64,000 bases of DNA from Cyanidioschyzon merolae (lineage: Eukaryota). Below, piece after piece: positions 22,745-33,595 of the stretch. A model generated the notes under the pieces. The model was not told the DNA's origin, ran no database searches, and saw only the letters and a program-made list of their open reading frames with translations. The stretch lies in assembly GCA_000091205.1 (NCBI GenBank), contig AP006495.2; one strand, written 5' to 3'. Positions within the stretch are counted from its first letter, which is position 1. Every line of letters begins with the position of its first letter. The position numbers were made by a program, and so were the translations under genes.

Positions 22745-23206
22745 GCGACGCTTCGGGTGAAGTGAGTACCAGAGCGGCTGCGCTGGGTGACCCTGGGCTG
22801 CGGCCTTCGTTGCGCACAGCCTCACCGACGCATGCATCAATGGCAGGTTCTTCACATACGAAGAAAGATAGGTGGCTCAAGAATAAACTTTGCCGCACTT
22901 GGAGTGCCTTTCGAAGGGCTTTTGCGCTACAGGGCGGCGGCTGGCGTACCGAGCTCCGGATGCTAAGGGGCGCACGCGCTCGTCCAGCCTGTCGTGCATC
23001 TTGCGCTGCTGCGTGTTCCGGAACCGAGTCCTCCAGTGCAACGCAGACTCGCTCCTCGAAAGCGAGCGCCGGTGCCTCCTCAAGATTGTATTCGATATGA
23101 CCGTACGTTTCACATGAAGACTCATTATAGCATAGTAGCTGCTTGTGTATTCTTGGAGGAGGCCTTGTCAGGGAGCGACGGGTAGTCTCTGCAAGCTCAC
23201 AAGAGA

Positions 23207-23763
23207 GGTTCGAAGGCTTTGCGAAAAGCGTTGGCCGAGCTTGTTCCCGGATTATCGTTTCCAGGGTGGAGCTCGAAACAAGCTCCTGTGATGATGGCGA
23301 CCGACGGAATGTCCACGCGATTGTTCTTTACGTCAATTTTCCCTGAGTCAAACAAGATGACTTGTTTGCACCCTTCTAGGTAGATGTAGGAAAAGACCTC
23401 ATGGTGGACGTCGACCCCAGGTCCATGAACATGATCGCCGGCGCCGTATCTCTAAATCGAGAGAACGCAGCCAAGGACCTCGAAGGGAACGCAGATGACG
23501 GTGCTCAGCTTTATCAGGGCTCGTTCGTATTCGGAATCGGGCATGAATCGCATCGGGAGGCATACCATCAAGTGGAATGGCTGCATTGGGACCCAGATCA
23601 ACGCTTTGATCACCGTATCGAGGAGACAGAGGTGCTTTGGACGCTTCATGCAGCGCGTACGCATGTGTCCGAATCGCTCAAGCGGCGGAGCCTGTACAGG
23701 AGTACATCGGCCCAAGTCAGGATCATCAAAGGTTTCCGCTTGATGGATGCAAAAACCGTGCAT
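23207..23763 (-). pseudogene. Possible calcineurin-like metallophosphoesterase (Vps29/YfcE-like) C-terminal region interrupted by an in-frame TAG
   Basis: Minus-strand frame reads ..HLMVCLPMRFMPDSEYERALIKLSTVICVPFEVLGCVLSI-TAG-RYGAGDHVHGPGVDVHHEVFSYIYLEGCKQVILFDSGKIDVKNNRVDIPSVAIITGACFELHPGNDNPGTSSANAFRKAFEPLL-stop(23207-23209). The GDHVHG..HHE....DSG....IPSV pattern resembles the GHTH / NPGS / IIPSFV C-terminal motifs of small metallophosphoesterases. The stop at 23452-23454 is in the same frame. The N-terminal part is not resolved. Confidence 0.25.
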
Positions 23764-25138
23764 TCGTCAACTCGCTCAATGAGTTGGCTAACGAATGTCG
23801 AACGCGTTGTTTGATGCTCGCCTGTGGCGCTGGACATGCTGCCGCGTGCCACGGCTGTGCTCTTGGTGCTCCAACGAGAGGATACAGCGGGTGCAGCAAT
23901 TGATTCTTTATGAATCTCATGGATATGTTCTGGGCTGTGTAATCGCATCACGAGCACGGATGCGCACTGAAAAGGTAGAGAAAACGAAAGTGAACAAATC
24001 GGATGTGCGAGATGCTGTACGGTGAGCCGAACAACCTGCAGATGACGAGGGCATCCAGTGCGAGAGGCGTGCTGTGGTGTCATGCCGCCAGCGATGCTGT
24101 GCGCAAGCACTTGCTGCCCCAAGGCTTCAACAACTCGATCGACAATAGGCATTGTCTCGTGCATCAGTAGCGTCCAATAGTTCGGTGTCCAGCGAGGCCT
24201 CGAAAGAGTCGTTTGGTACTCTCTCTCTGGGCACCGTGCTGAACTGCGGCTGACTTGGCATGAAAAATCAGTGTTTACGACTGAGGCCATGCGACACTTG
24301 CTTGCCAGGATCAACGCAGTGACATGGCACGTTTCAGGTATGTGGAGAGGCTGGAGCGCCTTGTTCACAAAGTGGGAACGAGATTTTTAGGCTATTGGCG
24401 AACGATCATGGGGCTCCCTTATTCGATACGTCTGCGTACAGCGAGTTGCGCACGACACGCGGAAAGTGGTTTGCAGATGCGACATTCGTACGTTTTCTTG
24501 AACTGACAGGGTTTTGGTAGGACGGTAAGCACCTGGCCACCTCGTAGCGGACCGGTCAGTCGTCTGAAGCTGATCTTCCCGCTCCATACGGCGCCTGCGG
24601 GAAATTAAAGGCAAATCGGTATCCCTCCCATCAGTCTCAGTCAGTAGACGCACCTCAGGTAGAAGCGATGATCATTTGCGGGCACGGACGCCTCAGCGCA
24701 TCGGACCCTAGCGAGTGCGCTCCGGACGGCGTATTGAATGGTGCGCGTCGTGGCGCTGGGCCTCCTAGCTTCGATGCAAGCTCATGGTGCCGAGCGTCGT
24801 GAATGCACAACGAATATCCAACAGGAGCGCCTTGGCCAGCGGATGTTTTACCAGTTTGTGCCCAATGACGCTGCGCATGCCGTCAGCGTCGAGCTGGCGA
24901 CGAATGCCCCCCTCAGCGATAGGCCTAATCAACCTCAGCTTCTGATGCAGGCTTCCCCGGTAAGCGCACAGTCACGAGCGCCGATAGCGTCTGCGAATGC
25001 CCGCCTATGCCTGATGGACGCTGTTCCATTCGAATACGTGTTGCGGCCAGAGACAACCTCCAAAGCAGAGCCACGCTTCTGTATAAATACCCTGCTTTGC
25101 GTGCATTTGAACTCGAAAATGTTTCGGAGCACGCTTTC

Positions 25139-25946
25139 CTAGGTCCCCGGGATTGTTTCCCTTTTCTCGTCGTTCCAGCGCTGCTCGGCGCGGGCAGCAA
25201 ACGCGCGAAGCACACCAGGAACTTCTTTCATGATCTTGCGCTCAACCAGCGCTATCGGGAAGAGGATCATCGGAACCACGTCCAGCGCATACTCCAAACG
25301 AGTCTCTGTCTCGCTGCGCGGCACGATTCTATACACCCCTTTCCAAGATGCAAAGTCCCTGCTCTCTCGTTTCGAGAACAGGAGCTCGCCCTGCTCTGGT
25401 AGCATCTCAACTTCCATAACGAGTCGCGATTGCAGTCTCAGACGACGGCTGACCCAGGCGACTTGCTCGAGCAGTCGTGACTCCGTGTCAAAGCGCGACG
25501 AGAGCATATGCGGTACAAACTCGATCATTTCATCGAATGCCGTCAGCACCGTCCAGACGTGTGCCTTAGGTGCGAAAACGTTTAGCGATCCAGTGATCAA
25601 TCGCCGACGCGAGTCCAGCGAACGCAGTTCGACTCGCAGCTCCTCAGGCGGATCTGTCCGAAGCTCCCGCACAAGCGTACCGACTTGTTCGGCATCAGCG
25701 CTTGCTTTTGCCGACAGTGCTGTTCCATGAGCGCGCGGGCTGCGCGGGCTGCGCGGACTCGGAGGCGAGCTCCGCAACCAGCTGCGCGGCGAAAGAACAA
25801 AACCCATGCTCTGGCGGGTATAGCAAGGACTGGCGTCTATCGGTGGTACCCCCTGTTTACTCACGAGCATATTGCCGGGAACTGGTGTTGAACAGAAACC
25901 GACTGCTCGGTCACTGCAAACGTCGGCACGCCGTCCCACCACCATC
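25139..25946 (-). CDS. SRPBCC (polyketide cyclase/START-like) domain protein with S/P/R-rich transit-peptide-like N-terminus
   Basis: Domain region ..LNVFAPKAHVWTVLTAFDEMIEFVPHMLSSRFDTESRLLEQVAWVSRRLRLQSRLVMEVEMLPEQGELLFSKRESRDFASWKGVYRIVP.. matches the Polyketide_cyc2 pattern. The track ORF begins at ATG 26075-26077, but its first 40 codons lie inside the terminal sequence of repeat copy A. The first ATG outside the element is at 25944-25946. Confidence 0.5.
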
Positions 25947-26209
25947 AACACGAACAGCAAACGCTTTTCAAAAGAAAAACGTTGCTGCCAGTGGTACAGT
26001 AGTGGCGAGTGTCCCGCCCTAGACAAGACGACGCCAACTGATGTGCAGACGCCTCGGAGGATTTCTCGGCGGGCCATGTACGAATGCTTTCAATCTTGTC
26101 TCATATAGTTCCACATTGAGAGGGTGTCCCACAAAGTTCTCTCCTGTCCACGATGGGGGCTTCTTTCCATCACCGCACATTTCCTTCCACTGCATGCGGC
26201 GTTCAAGTC

Positions 26210-26695
26210 TCAATGCACAAACGCTATGCGTTTCTCGCCATTCGTAGTTGTACTTTCTAATGCGAGCAATCCTCGAACTTTCGCCCTTCTTTCCATTTGC
26301 TCTTGCGTCAGCGCTCCGTACGTTTGTATATTACCAGGGCTCCGCTGGCACTTTTCTTTCTCGACGCTCTGAAGTGTACACCCCAGCTCGTGGCGTGTAT
26401 ACGATGTTCGGAACTTATCTACAGGTATCGTGACGAAACAGTGTGCGCACTCCTTGTACGTTCTTGTCGTCGGGGCTGGCGTCGTTCCTTTTTGGGTCAT
26501 CCAGCGCCCTGCCCAATAAGCTACTATGAGCCTCTGACTTTCATTCTCCTTCAGGGCGCTCAGCCGATTGAAAAAGTTCGCGAACGCGCGCCGCTTCCCA
26601 CAGTGTAGATTCATTCGCAATCGAGCCCACCGGGGCTTTGGAAATTCTTTTCGCAGCGCCTCCCAATGAGCAACGCGAACTTGCATGAATTTCAT
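26210..26695 (-). CDS. Element ORF4 (copy A), Cys-rich C-terminal module
   Basis: MKFMQVRVAHWEALRKEFPKPRWARLRMNLHCGKRRAFANFFNRLSALKENESQRLIVAYWAGRWMTQKGTTPAPTTRTYKECAHCFVTIPVDKFRTSYTRHELGCTLQSVEKEKCQRSPGNIQTYGAL... It is in the same frame as ORF3 and separated from it by a single TGA. Confidence 0.45.
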   Translation of the reverse strand: MKFMQVRVAHWEALRKEFPKPRWARLRMNLHCGKRRAFANFFNRLSALKENESQRLIVAYWAGRWMTQKGTTPAPTTRTYKECAHCFVTIPVDKFRTSYTRHELGCTLQSVEKEKCQRSPGNIQTYGALTQEQMERRAKVRGLLALESTTTNGEKRIAFVH

Positions 26696-26713
26696 AAAAG
26701 CTTGAAAGTCCGC

Positions 26714-27244
26714 TCATCGGATCGTCAGTGCGCTCAAAGCTGCCAGGTGATCCTTCATTCCTGCGTTCCATGTCTCAATTTTCTTCCTCGCATTCATTAT
26801 ACCGGATTCTCGAGAATATCTAGTTCTTGAGAACCTCAACAGACGCAAGTCGCTCTCACGTAAGTTGCCGTCAATGCCATCTACCGCACGCTTCGGTGCT
26901 GCGATGGTCATGATATTCGTATTCCCAGGGTCCGTGCCAACGACGAAGTCGTTATCCTGCACTTTCTATGTCGCAGGATCCGCCACCTTCTCATCTTCAT
27001 GCTTCGCCGCGTCAACGACGAGGCCCTTGTCATGCACCTCCTGTGTCGCGGGATCCGCCTCCTTCTCATCTTCATGCTTCACCGCCTCAACGACGAGGCC
27101 CTTCTCATGCACCTCCTGCGTCGCAGGATCCGCCTCTTTGATTTCTTCATCCTTCGTGACGGGCGCGGCCGAGGGCGGAACTGGACGATTTATCTTCAAC
27201 CGCCGATAGTGTACACACAAAGCTACTCCATCGGTTTCGATCAT
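26714..27244 (-). pseudogene. Element ORF3 (copy A), frameshifted inside the 69-bp repeat block; contains the RuvC-I-like motif
   Basis: Track ORFs 26966..27244 ([21 protein letters not shown]...EKVADPAT) and 26714..26962 (..[36 protein letters not shown]..) are the two halves of one reading frame that is intact in copies B and C. Copy A lost part of one repeat unit. Confidence 0.45.
26985..27140. repeat. In-frame 69-bp tandem repeat (23-aa [25 protein letters not shown]), about 2.3 units in copy A
   Basis: Same unit as at 32029-32212 (3 units) and 56542-56815 (4 units). Confidence 0.8.
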
Positions 27245-27456
27245 CCCCGTGGATACATTTCGCTTTCTGACTTTGAGACTTTTGAAATCGAAGATATTCT
27301 TTCAGTGCGTCTCATGGTTTTCGCCAGTGAAGTCCTCTCTGCTAACATTGAACTCGGGACTGATCTCCCTCATGATGCCGTAAAGGACGCCGGAATCGAT
27401 ACTCACAAAATGTGACTTGATGTTGCGCATTGGAACGACGTTGAAGCGCTTACCCA

Positions 27457-27942
27457 TTAGGATAGACTTCCATCTCTCTCACTCTTCATTTCCACCTTGC
27501 GTTCGAGCTCTCGGTCCAGAAACACGAAATATCGCAGGACAAGGCGATAGGATCTTTTCTTATCTTTTTTCAACTGTGATATCTTTTCTGCTGGATTCAC
27601 CAGCGCCAGCGCCGCACGGTGCTCTTGTATAACCGCACGGATGACAAAGACCTCATTCGTGCTCTGGTTTGACGCCTTCTCGTCGACGAATTCGATCTCA
27701 TGTTCATGCTTGCGATCGTTCCTTATGCCGTTGAGAATCGCCCGTATCCCTTTGCGAGACATGCCCTGGTAAAGTGCAAACACGGCGCGTATCATGAAAC
27801 GTTCGACGTTCATTGTCAAATGATTCTTCAGGTTCGTGACGCACTTCATCGCCCCGTATGCGTAGATATCCCAGTCACCCTTGTATCGAGTACCGTTGAT
27901 GCTGTAAAGGGTATTTCTCGTGGAGGGCGTGATTCCGCTCAT
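27457..27942 (-). CDS. Element ORF2 (copy A)
   Basis: 161-aa ORF MSGITPSTRNTLYSINGTRYKGDWDIYAYGAMKCVTNLKNHLTMNVERFMIRAVFALYQGMSRKGIRAILNGIRNDRKHEHEIEFVDEKASNQSTNEVFVIRAV..., 97-99% identical at protein level to copies B and C. It lies in the -1 frame relative to ORF1. Confidence 0.45.
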   Translation of the reverse strand: MSGITPSTRNTLYSINGTRYKGDWDIYAYGAMKCVTNLKNHLTMNVERFMIRAVFALYQGMSRKGIRAILNGIRNDRKHEHEIEFVDEKASNQSTNEVFVIRAVIQEHRAALALVNPAEKISQLKKDKKRSYRLVLRYFVFLDRELERKVEMKSERDGSLS

Positions 27943-28283
27943 TTTCCCTCCGCGCTTCCCGCTGTACCATGCATCAGGTATCGAAAAAACGTCTTGTCGA
28001 AGGATTCGCCCGGAATCTCGACCGTTTCCATGTGCGCCACATCGCGATACATCTCCCTCGCCAAATGCATCCGTCCTGACGACGCCTTGAGAATACTCTT
28101 GGAGTACGAGTCGACACGGTTCCTAATGGCCTCTCGCAACTTTTCCCTGTACGGATCCTTGACATGTCCAACAAGACAGGCTTTCACCGCCATCTCGGAG
28201 TACAGTTGTCTTTCTTGCCGCCTTCGACGTAGGGCCTCCCTCTTTTGCTTCATTTTTTCTTCTTGTTCTTCTGAACTCGGCAC
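27939..28283 (-). CDS. Element ORF1 (copy A; longest N-terminus of the three copies), basic N-terminal protein
   Basis: MPSSEEQEEKMKQKREALRRRRQERQLYSEMAVKACLVGHVKDPYREKLREAIRNRVDSYSKSILKASSGRMHLAREMYRDVAHMETVEIPGESFDKTFFRYLMHGTAGSAEGK. It ends on the conserved GGGAAAA-TGA junction and overlaps ORF2 by 4 nt. Confidence 0.45.
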   Translation of the reverse strand: MPSSEEQEEKMKQKREALRRRRQERQLYSEMAVKACLVGHVKDPYREKLREAIRNRVDSYSKSILKASSGRMHLAREMYRDVAHMETVEIPGESFDKTFFRYLMHGTAGSAEGK

Positions 28284-30962
28284 TGTTTCTTGTTTTTTTT
28301 TCTGGCAGCCAGCGACACTGAGCCTCAGGATCGTCGACTTGCTTTTTCATAACTTTCCTTTTTTAGGTTTTGTAAAAAGAACGCTTTTGAACGCTTCTGT
28401 TATAATCCGCAAAAAATCAATCGAACATTTTTACTTGAGGTTTGAAACACAAATGAAACCGAAAAACTGTACTTGGCTATGAACTCAACGAGAATACAAC
28501 TTTTACATCAGAGCTACACGCTAGAAATCACGATCACGTTTCCCGTCAACGGAGGCATACGCGTCGTGTCAGTTTACTGCCTGATCTCCCAGTTGCGCTC
28601 ACTGAGCGCGATGCGTGCACCTCGCCAGACGCCTCACCGATCGATGAAGGACACGTGTCCGACGCCGCATTGGCATATGCGTGTTCGCATCGCGTTGCAG
28701 CGGAAATAAAGTATCGTAGATCGGAAATTCACGCAGAGTAGTCTCTCGCTATAGGCTATGTCGCTGGTGCCGACGCTGCTACCCATCGCAGTACCGCCTT
28801 GACAGACATGTAGATGTTGGGGCCTTGCAAGAAACCCCTCGACGCTTCTATCAAAAGCGTAGCCATCGTAGTATCCTACGATCGTGCGGGTGAGGTATGC
28901 ATCACTCTACTCAATAGGAGTTTCGTTAGTTTTATTGATCGTAAACAAACAAGGCATAGTAGTGTTCCCGAACACGGATATGCGTTTAATCCCTGTGCTT
29001 GTTATGCAGGCTGCACGGACGCTGGGATGAGAAACTGGTTTGAGTTGTGCTTCTATCCTGCGTCATGGGCAGGTACTGATGGCAGGTCAAGTCATTGCCA
29101 TGCTGCCGTCGTTGTCCAAGTTATGATATCCGCTACTCTCTCGGATCCGGTGATCTCGGCAGAGGAATAGCGCACATGTAGCGTGCAGATGTATCACGGC
29201 GTTTGACTGACGCATCTCGCCTGGCACGTTCGAAGCATCCGCTAAAAGCGCATACTGTATTCTGGTCTATTCTCACCGTTTACTGGCAAGAGCCTAAAAT
29301 GTAGATAGCGGTGCAATCGTCAAACCGTGAACTTTTCCGTACCCCCGCCGCTCCATATGCTCCCGGATGCTCGGTGGCTGCCTGCTGGTTTCCCACTCTC
29401 ACCAGCAAAACTGCAGAACGGAAGGATTTTCTTTCTATCTTTTACCGTTCAATGACTGGAAACCGTTTCACGACCATGTAGGGTAAATTCATATCCACTC
29501 ACAGACGCCTCCCGGTCTTTTTGGACTGGCCAACAACTACTGTTTCCAACTTGTCCTTGGACAAGTTGGCAGTAGGAGGCTGTCCCACAAAGTCGGATCG
29601 CGTCAGCTCCGCCGGTCGCGCCTCCATCGTCATTCATCCGTTGATACTGATCGTGTTTTGTCTAAAACGCTTGTGATAGAGCTGAGGTCAAGAGGCGATC
29701 AATTTTGACCGACGCTATCACACGATCGGTACCAGAAGCTAAGGGCTGCAGCCGGCACCAGGTGCTCTTGTGACGGCATGCTGGCCGTGAAGAGTGCGTG
29801 ACGAAGCCGCATGGCACGCGAGGGTGTCCTAGTACATAAAACGAGGACGTGCCCGAGACGTTCAGATTCAGGGTAATGACGAGTCGCCGCTACGGTATTC
29901 TGGGAAAATAATCCGAGTGAGCTTTTGTTGCTCGAACATCGAGCACTATCACGAGTGTGGGTGCGTTTCACTGCACGGTTTGTAACGATCATAGAATCCA
30001 CCATCATCCAAAAGCGACGAAATGTCATACGCGCACCGGCCTCGTAAATCCAGGTCAGGACGTGCCCAGCAGCACGGAAACAAATTACGTGAACTGCTGT
30101 GCTTGCACCGAACGAAAGGAAGCATGCGTTTCCTCGACCGAAGATAGAGGCTTCCGAATTCATTCAGATACTGCCGATGTTTCGCCCGAACCCAGACCAC
30201 CATCTGCAATGTGCCCAAGACCATACACAGGATGCCTACGATTGTTTGCATCATCAAGTTAAGTCCTACTCACGCCAGTACCTCAGATATATAGTTCGGA
30301 CACGACACATGCTCGAAATGGAAGCCGTATGGGGTTTGCCGCAGGCGCCAACGGCACACCAGGTTGCCCGGCTCACCCGTGCCATTGCACACCACGCTTA
30401 TCCAAAACTCGGCTGCAACTGTAGCAGCGGCATCGCCAGCGTGTATGCATCGGCGCCATAGGATTTTTCATTGAGAAAACGTTTCCATTGACCATGGATC
30501 CCAGATTGCCGGATGGGCGCAGACATACGGGAAATCACTCTTTATGTTGTACCCTTATTTCTAGTTCCATTCGCGATTGTTCCTCTCGGATATACTGGTC
30601 ATTTTGCAGGTTATATCGTGCGCCTAGTGCGTGCCGTGCCTAATCCGCCTTGGCGCCTGAACCGCTGGAGCAGATATTTTTGGTAAAGACTGAACTGCTT
30701 TTCCGTACCGCTGAGGGTGTCGGATCAAGGAACGCTTCGTCTGATGTGGAGTAGGAGCACGTGATCATTCCGGGAGCCTGAAAACTGGGAGACATACGAT
30801 CTTTCTGCGACAGCGCGAAGCGATATACTAGGAGTGATCAACGACCAGGGTGATGCCCCGTCGCAGCATACCCGCTCCTAGTCCCAGAATAAAGTGCATT
30901 GCGAACGAGTTGCTCAGATTTAACCAAAGTACCTGTCACTGGGGCGGACATGAAGCGCAAGC

Positions 30963-31696
30963 TTGGGAACCTGTCTTCTTAAATATATCAAGGATCCGTA
31001 CAGGGAAAAGTTGCGAGAGGCCATTAGGAACCGTGTTTACTCGTACTCCAAGAGTATTCTCAAGGCGTCGTCAGGACTGATGCATTTGGCGAGGGAGATG
31101 TACCGCGACGTGGTGCACATGGAAACGGTCGAGATTCCTGGCGAGTTCGTCGACAAGACGTTTTTTCGATACCTGAAGCATGGTAGAGCGGGAAGCGCGG
31201 AGGGAAAATTGAGCGGGATCACGCCCTCCACGAAAAATATCCCTTTTACAGCTTCAAAGGTACTCGATACAAGGGTGACTGGGATATTCGCAGCTACGGG
31301 GCGATGAAGTGCGTCACGAACCTGAAGAATCATTTGACAATGAACGTCGAACGTTTCATGATACGCGCCGTGTTTGCACTTTACCAGGGCATGTCTCGCA
31401 AAGGGATACGGGCGATTCTCAACGGCATAAGGAACGATCGCAAGCATGAACATGAGATCGAATTCGTCGACGAGAAGGCGTCAAACCAGAGCACGAATGA
31501 GGTCTTTGTCATCCGTGCGGTTATACAAGAGCACCGTGCGGCGCTGGCGCTGGTGAATCCAGCAGAAAAGATATCACAGTTGAAAAAAGATAAGGAAAGA
31601 TCCTATCGCCTTGTCCTGCGCTATTTTCTGTTTCTGGACCGAGAGCTCGAACGCAAGGTGGAAATGAAGAGTGAGAGAGATGGAAGTCTATCCTAA
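30963..31696 (+). pseudogene. Element ORF1/ORF2 region (copy B), carrying two private 1-nt insertions
   Basis: Track ORFs 30963..31307 and 31304..31696. An extra t converts gggaaaatgagc to gggaaaattgagc, and a second indel near ..aaaaatatccctttt breaks ORF2 until MKCVTNL.. resumes the copy-C frame. Confidence 0.4.
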
Positions 31697-31908
31697 TGGG
31701 TAAGCGCTTCAACGTCGTTCCAATGCGCAACATCAAGTCACATTTTGTGAGTATCGATTCCGGCGTCCTTTACGGCATCATGAGGGAGATCAGTCCCGAG
31801 TTCAATGTTAGCAGAGAGGACTTCACTGGCGAAAACCATGAGACGCACTGAAAGAATATCTTCGATTTCAAAAGTCTCAAAGTCAGAAAGCGAAATGTAT
31901 CCACGGGG

Positions 31909-32439
31909 ATGATCGAAACCGATGGAGTAGCTTTGTGTGTACACTATCGGCGGTTGAAGATAAATCGTCCAGTTCCGCCCTCGGCCGCGCCCGTCACGAA
32001 GGATGAAGAAATCAAAGAGGCGGATCCTGCGACGCAGGAGGTGCATGAGAAGGGCCTCGTCGTTGACGCGGCGAAGCATGAAGATGAGAAGGAGGCGGAT
32101 CCTGCGACACAGGAGGTGCATGACAAGGGCCTCGTCGTTGACGCGGCGAAGCATGAAGATGAGAAGGAGGCGGATCCCGCGACACAGGAGGTGCATGGCA
32201 AGGGCCTCGTCGTTGGCACGGACCCTGGGAATACGAATATCATGACCATTGCAGCACCGAAGCGTGCGGTAGATGGCATTGACGGCAACTTACGTGAGAG
32301 CGACTTGCGTCTGTTGAGGTTCTCAAGAACTAGATATTCTCGAGAATCCGGTATAATGAATGCGAGGAAGAAAATTGAGACACGGAATGCAGGAATGAAG
32401 GATCACCTGGAAGCTTTGAGCGAGGTGACAAGCCGATGA
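31909..32439 (+). CDS. Element ORF3 (copy B): repeat-containing protein with RuvC-I-like motif
   Basis: ATG start; ..[10 protein letters not shown](E/D/G)KGLVV x3 ..[74 protein letters not shown], then TGA. Confidence 0.45.
   Translation: MIETDGVALCVHYRRLKINRPVPPSAAPVTKDEEIKEADPATQEVHEKGLVVDAAKHEDEKEADPATQEVHDKGLVVDAAKHEDEKEADPATQEVHGKGLVVGTDPGNTNIMTIAAPKRAVDGIDGNLRESDLRLLRFSRTRYSRESGIMNARKKIETRNAGMKDHLEALSEVTSR
32029..32212. repeat. In-frame 69-bp tandem repeat, 3 units (copy B)
   Basis: Direct reading; units start at 32029, 32098 and 32167. Confidence 0.8.
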
Positions 32440-32466
32440 GCGGACTTTGAAGCTTTTCTGAAATTC

Positions 32467-32943
32467 ATGCAAGTTCGCGTTGCTCATTGGGATGCGCTGT
32501 GGAAAGAGTACACCAAGCCCCGGTGGGCTCGATTGCGAATGAATCTACACTGTGGGAAGCGGCGCGCGTTCGCGAACTTTTTCAATCGGCTGAGCGCCCT
32601 GAAGGAGAATGAAAGTCAGAGGCTCATAGTAGCTTATTGGGCTGGGCGCTGGATGACCCAAAAAGGAACGACGCCAGCCCCGACGACAAGAACGTACAAG
32701 GAGTGCGCACACTGTTTCGTCACGATACCTGTAGATAAGTTCCGAACATCGTATACACGCCACGAGCTGGGGTGTACACTTCAGAGCGTCGAGAAAGGAA
32801 AGTGCCAGCGGAGCCCTGGTGATATACAAACGTACGGACCGCTGACCGAAGAGCAAATGGAAAGAAGGGCGAAAGTTCGAGGATTGCTCGCATTAGAAAG
32901 TACAACTACGAATGGCGAGAAACGCGTAGCGTTTGTGAATTGA
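32467..32943 (+). CDS. Element ORF4 (copy B)
   Basis: In frame with ORF3 across one TGA (32437-32439). ..KECAHCFVTIPVDKFRTSYTRHELGCTLQSVEKGKCQRSPGDIQTYGPLTEEQMERRAKVRGLLALESTTTNGEKRVAFVN. Confidence 0.45.
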   Translation: MQVRVAHWDALWKEYTKPRWARLRMNLHCGKRRAFANFFNRLSALKENESQRLIVAYWAGRWMTQKGTTPAPTTRTYKECAHCFVTIPVDKFRTSYTRHELGCTLQSVEKGKCQRSPGDIQTYGPLTEEQMERRAKVRGLLALESTTTNGEKRVAFVN

Positions 32944-33595
32944 GACTTGAACGCCGCATGCAGTGGAAGGAAATGTGCGGTGATGGAAAGAAGCTCCCAT
33001 CGTGGACAGGAGAGAACTTTGTGGGACACCCTCTCAATGTGGAACTATATGAGACAAGATTGAAAGCATTCGTACATGGCCCGCCGAGAAAGCCTCCGAG
33101 GCGTCTGCACATCAGTTGGCATCGTCTTGTCTAGGGCGGGACACTCGCCACTACTGTACCACTGGCAGCAACGTTTTTCTTTTGAAAAGCGTTTGCTGTC
33201 GGGGCTTCTCAAGGCCGAGCGCCCGGTCAACGTCGCGCTAGGCTGAACTCACTGACCTACGAGAGACGCCTTCCTAGTGTTCGTCTCGGTGCCTGGCGTT
33301 TGCATGGAACTTTCTCGACAGTCTATATCTGTTTCCACACTTTTACGACTGTTTACGTAGCCTTGACTGGTAGGTATCGGTAGCAGACTAAAACGCGGGT
33401 AGACTTTCGGTGACCGAATAGCCAAAGCGAGTCTGTCCTGTGCTAGGACGCTGTTGCTCGGCAGTCTCTACGCGACATAAGCGTCCCACTTGGTGGTCGT
33501 TGCTGCTGTTATTGTCGTGGTGTTGTTCTTGTTGGTGTCGGAGGTGGTAACTGGATCCGTGTCTCAGAACATTCCTGCCTCGCGGGTGCCACGAA

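Larger units (their letters stand above)
25955..28250 (-). mobile_element. Dispersed repeat copy A (minus orientation; 5' part beyond about 28200 diverged from copies B and C). Putative TnpB/Fanzor-like nuclease-encoding element
   Basis: Co-linear high-identity nucleotide similarity to 30440-33195 and 54975-57800 (reverse complement), carrying the same ORF1-ORF4 module. The 3' terminus (in element sense) at about 25955 abuts the start of the SRPBCC gene. Copy A has a private frameshift in the 69-bp repeat region. Confidence 0.8.
30440..33195 (+). mobile_element. Dispersed repeat copy B (plus orientation); inverted relative to copy A with a roughly 2.2-kb spacer
   Basis: Left boundary estimated from where similarity with copy C begins (B about 30465 aligned to C about 54995). 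Right boundary is where A, B and C diverge after ..cagcaacgtttttcttttgaaaagcgtttgctgt. It lies about 400 bp upstream of, and co-oriented with, the NHL-repeat gene. Confidence 0.8.
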
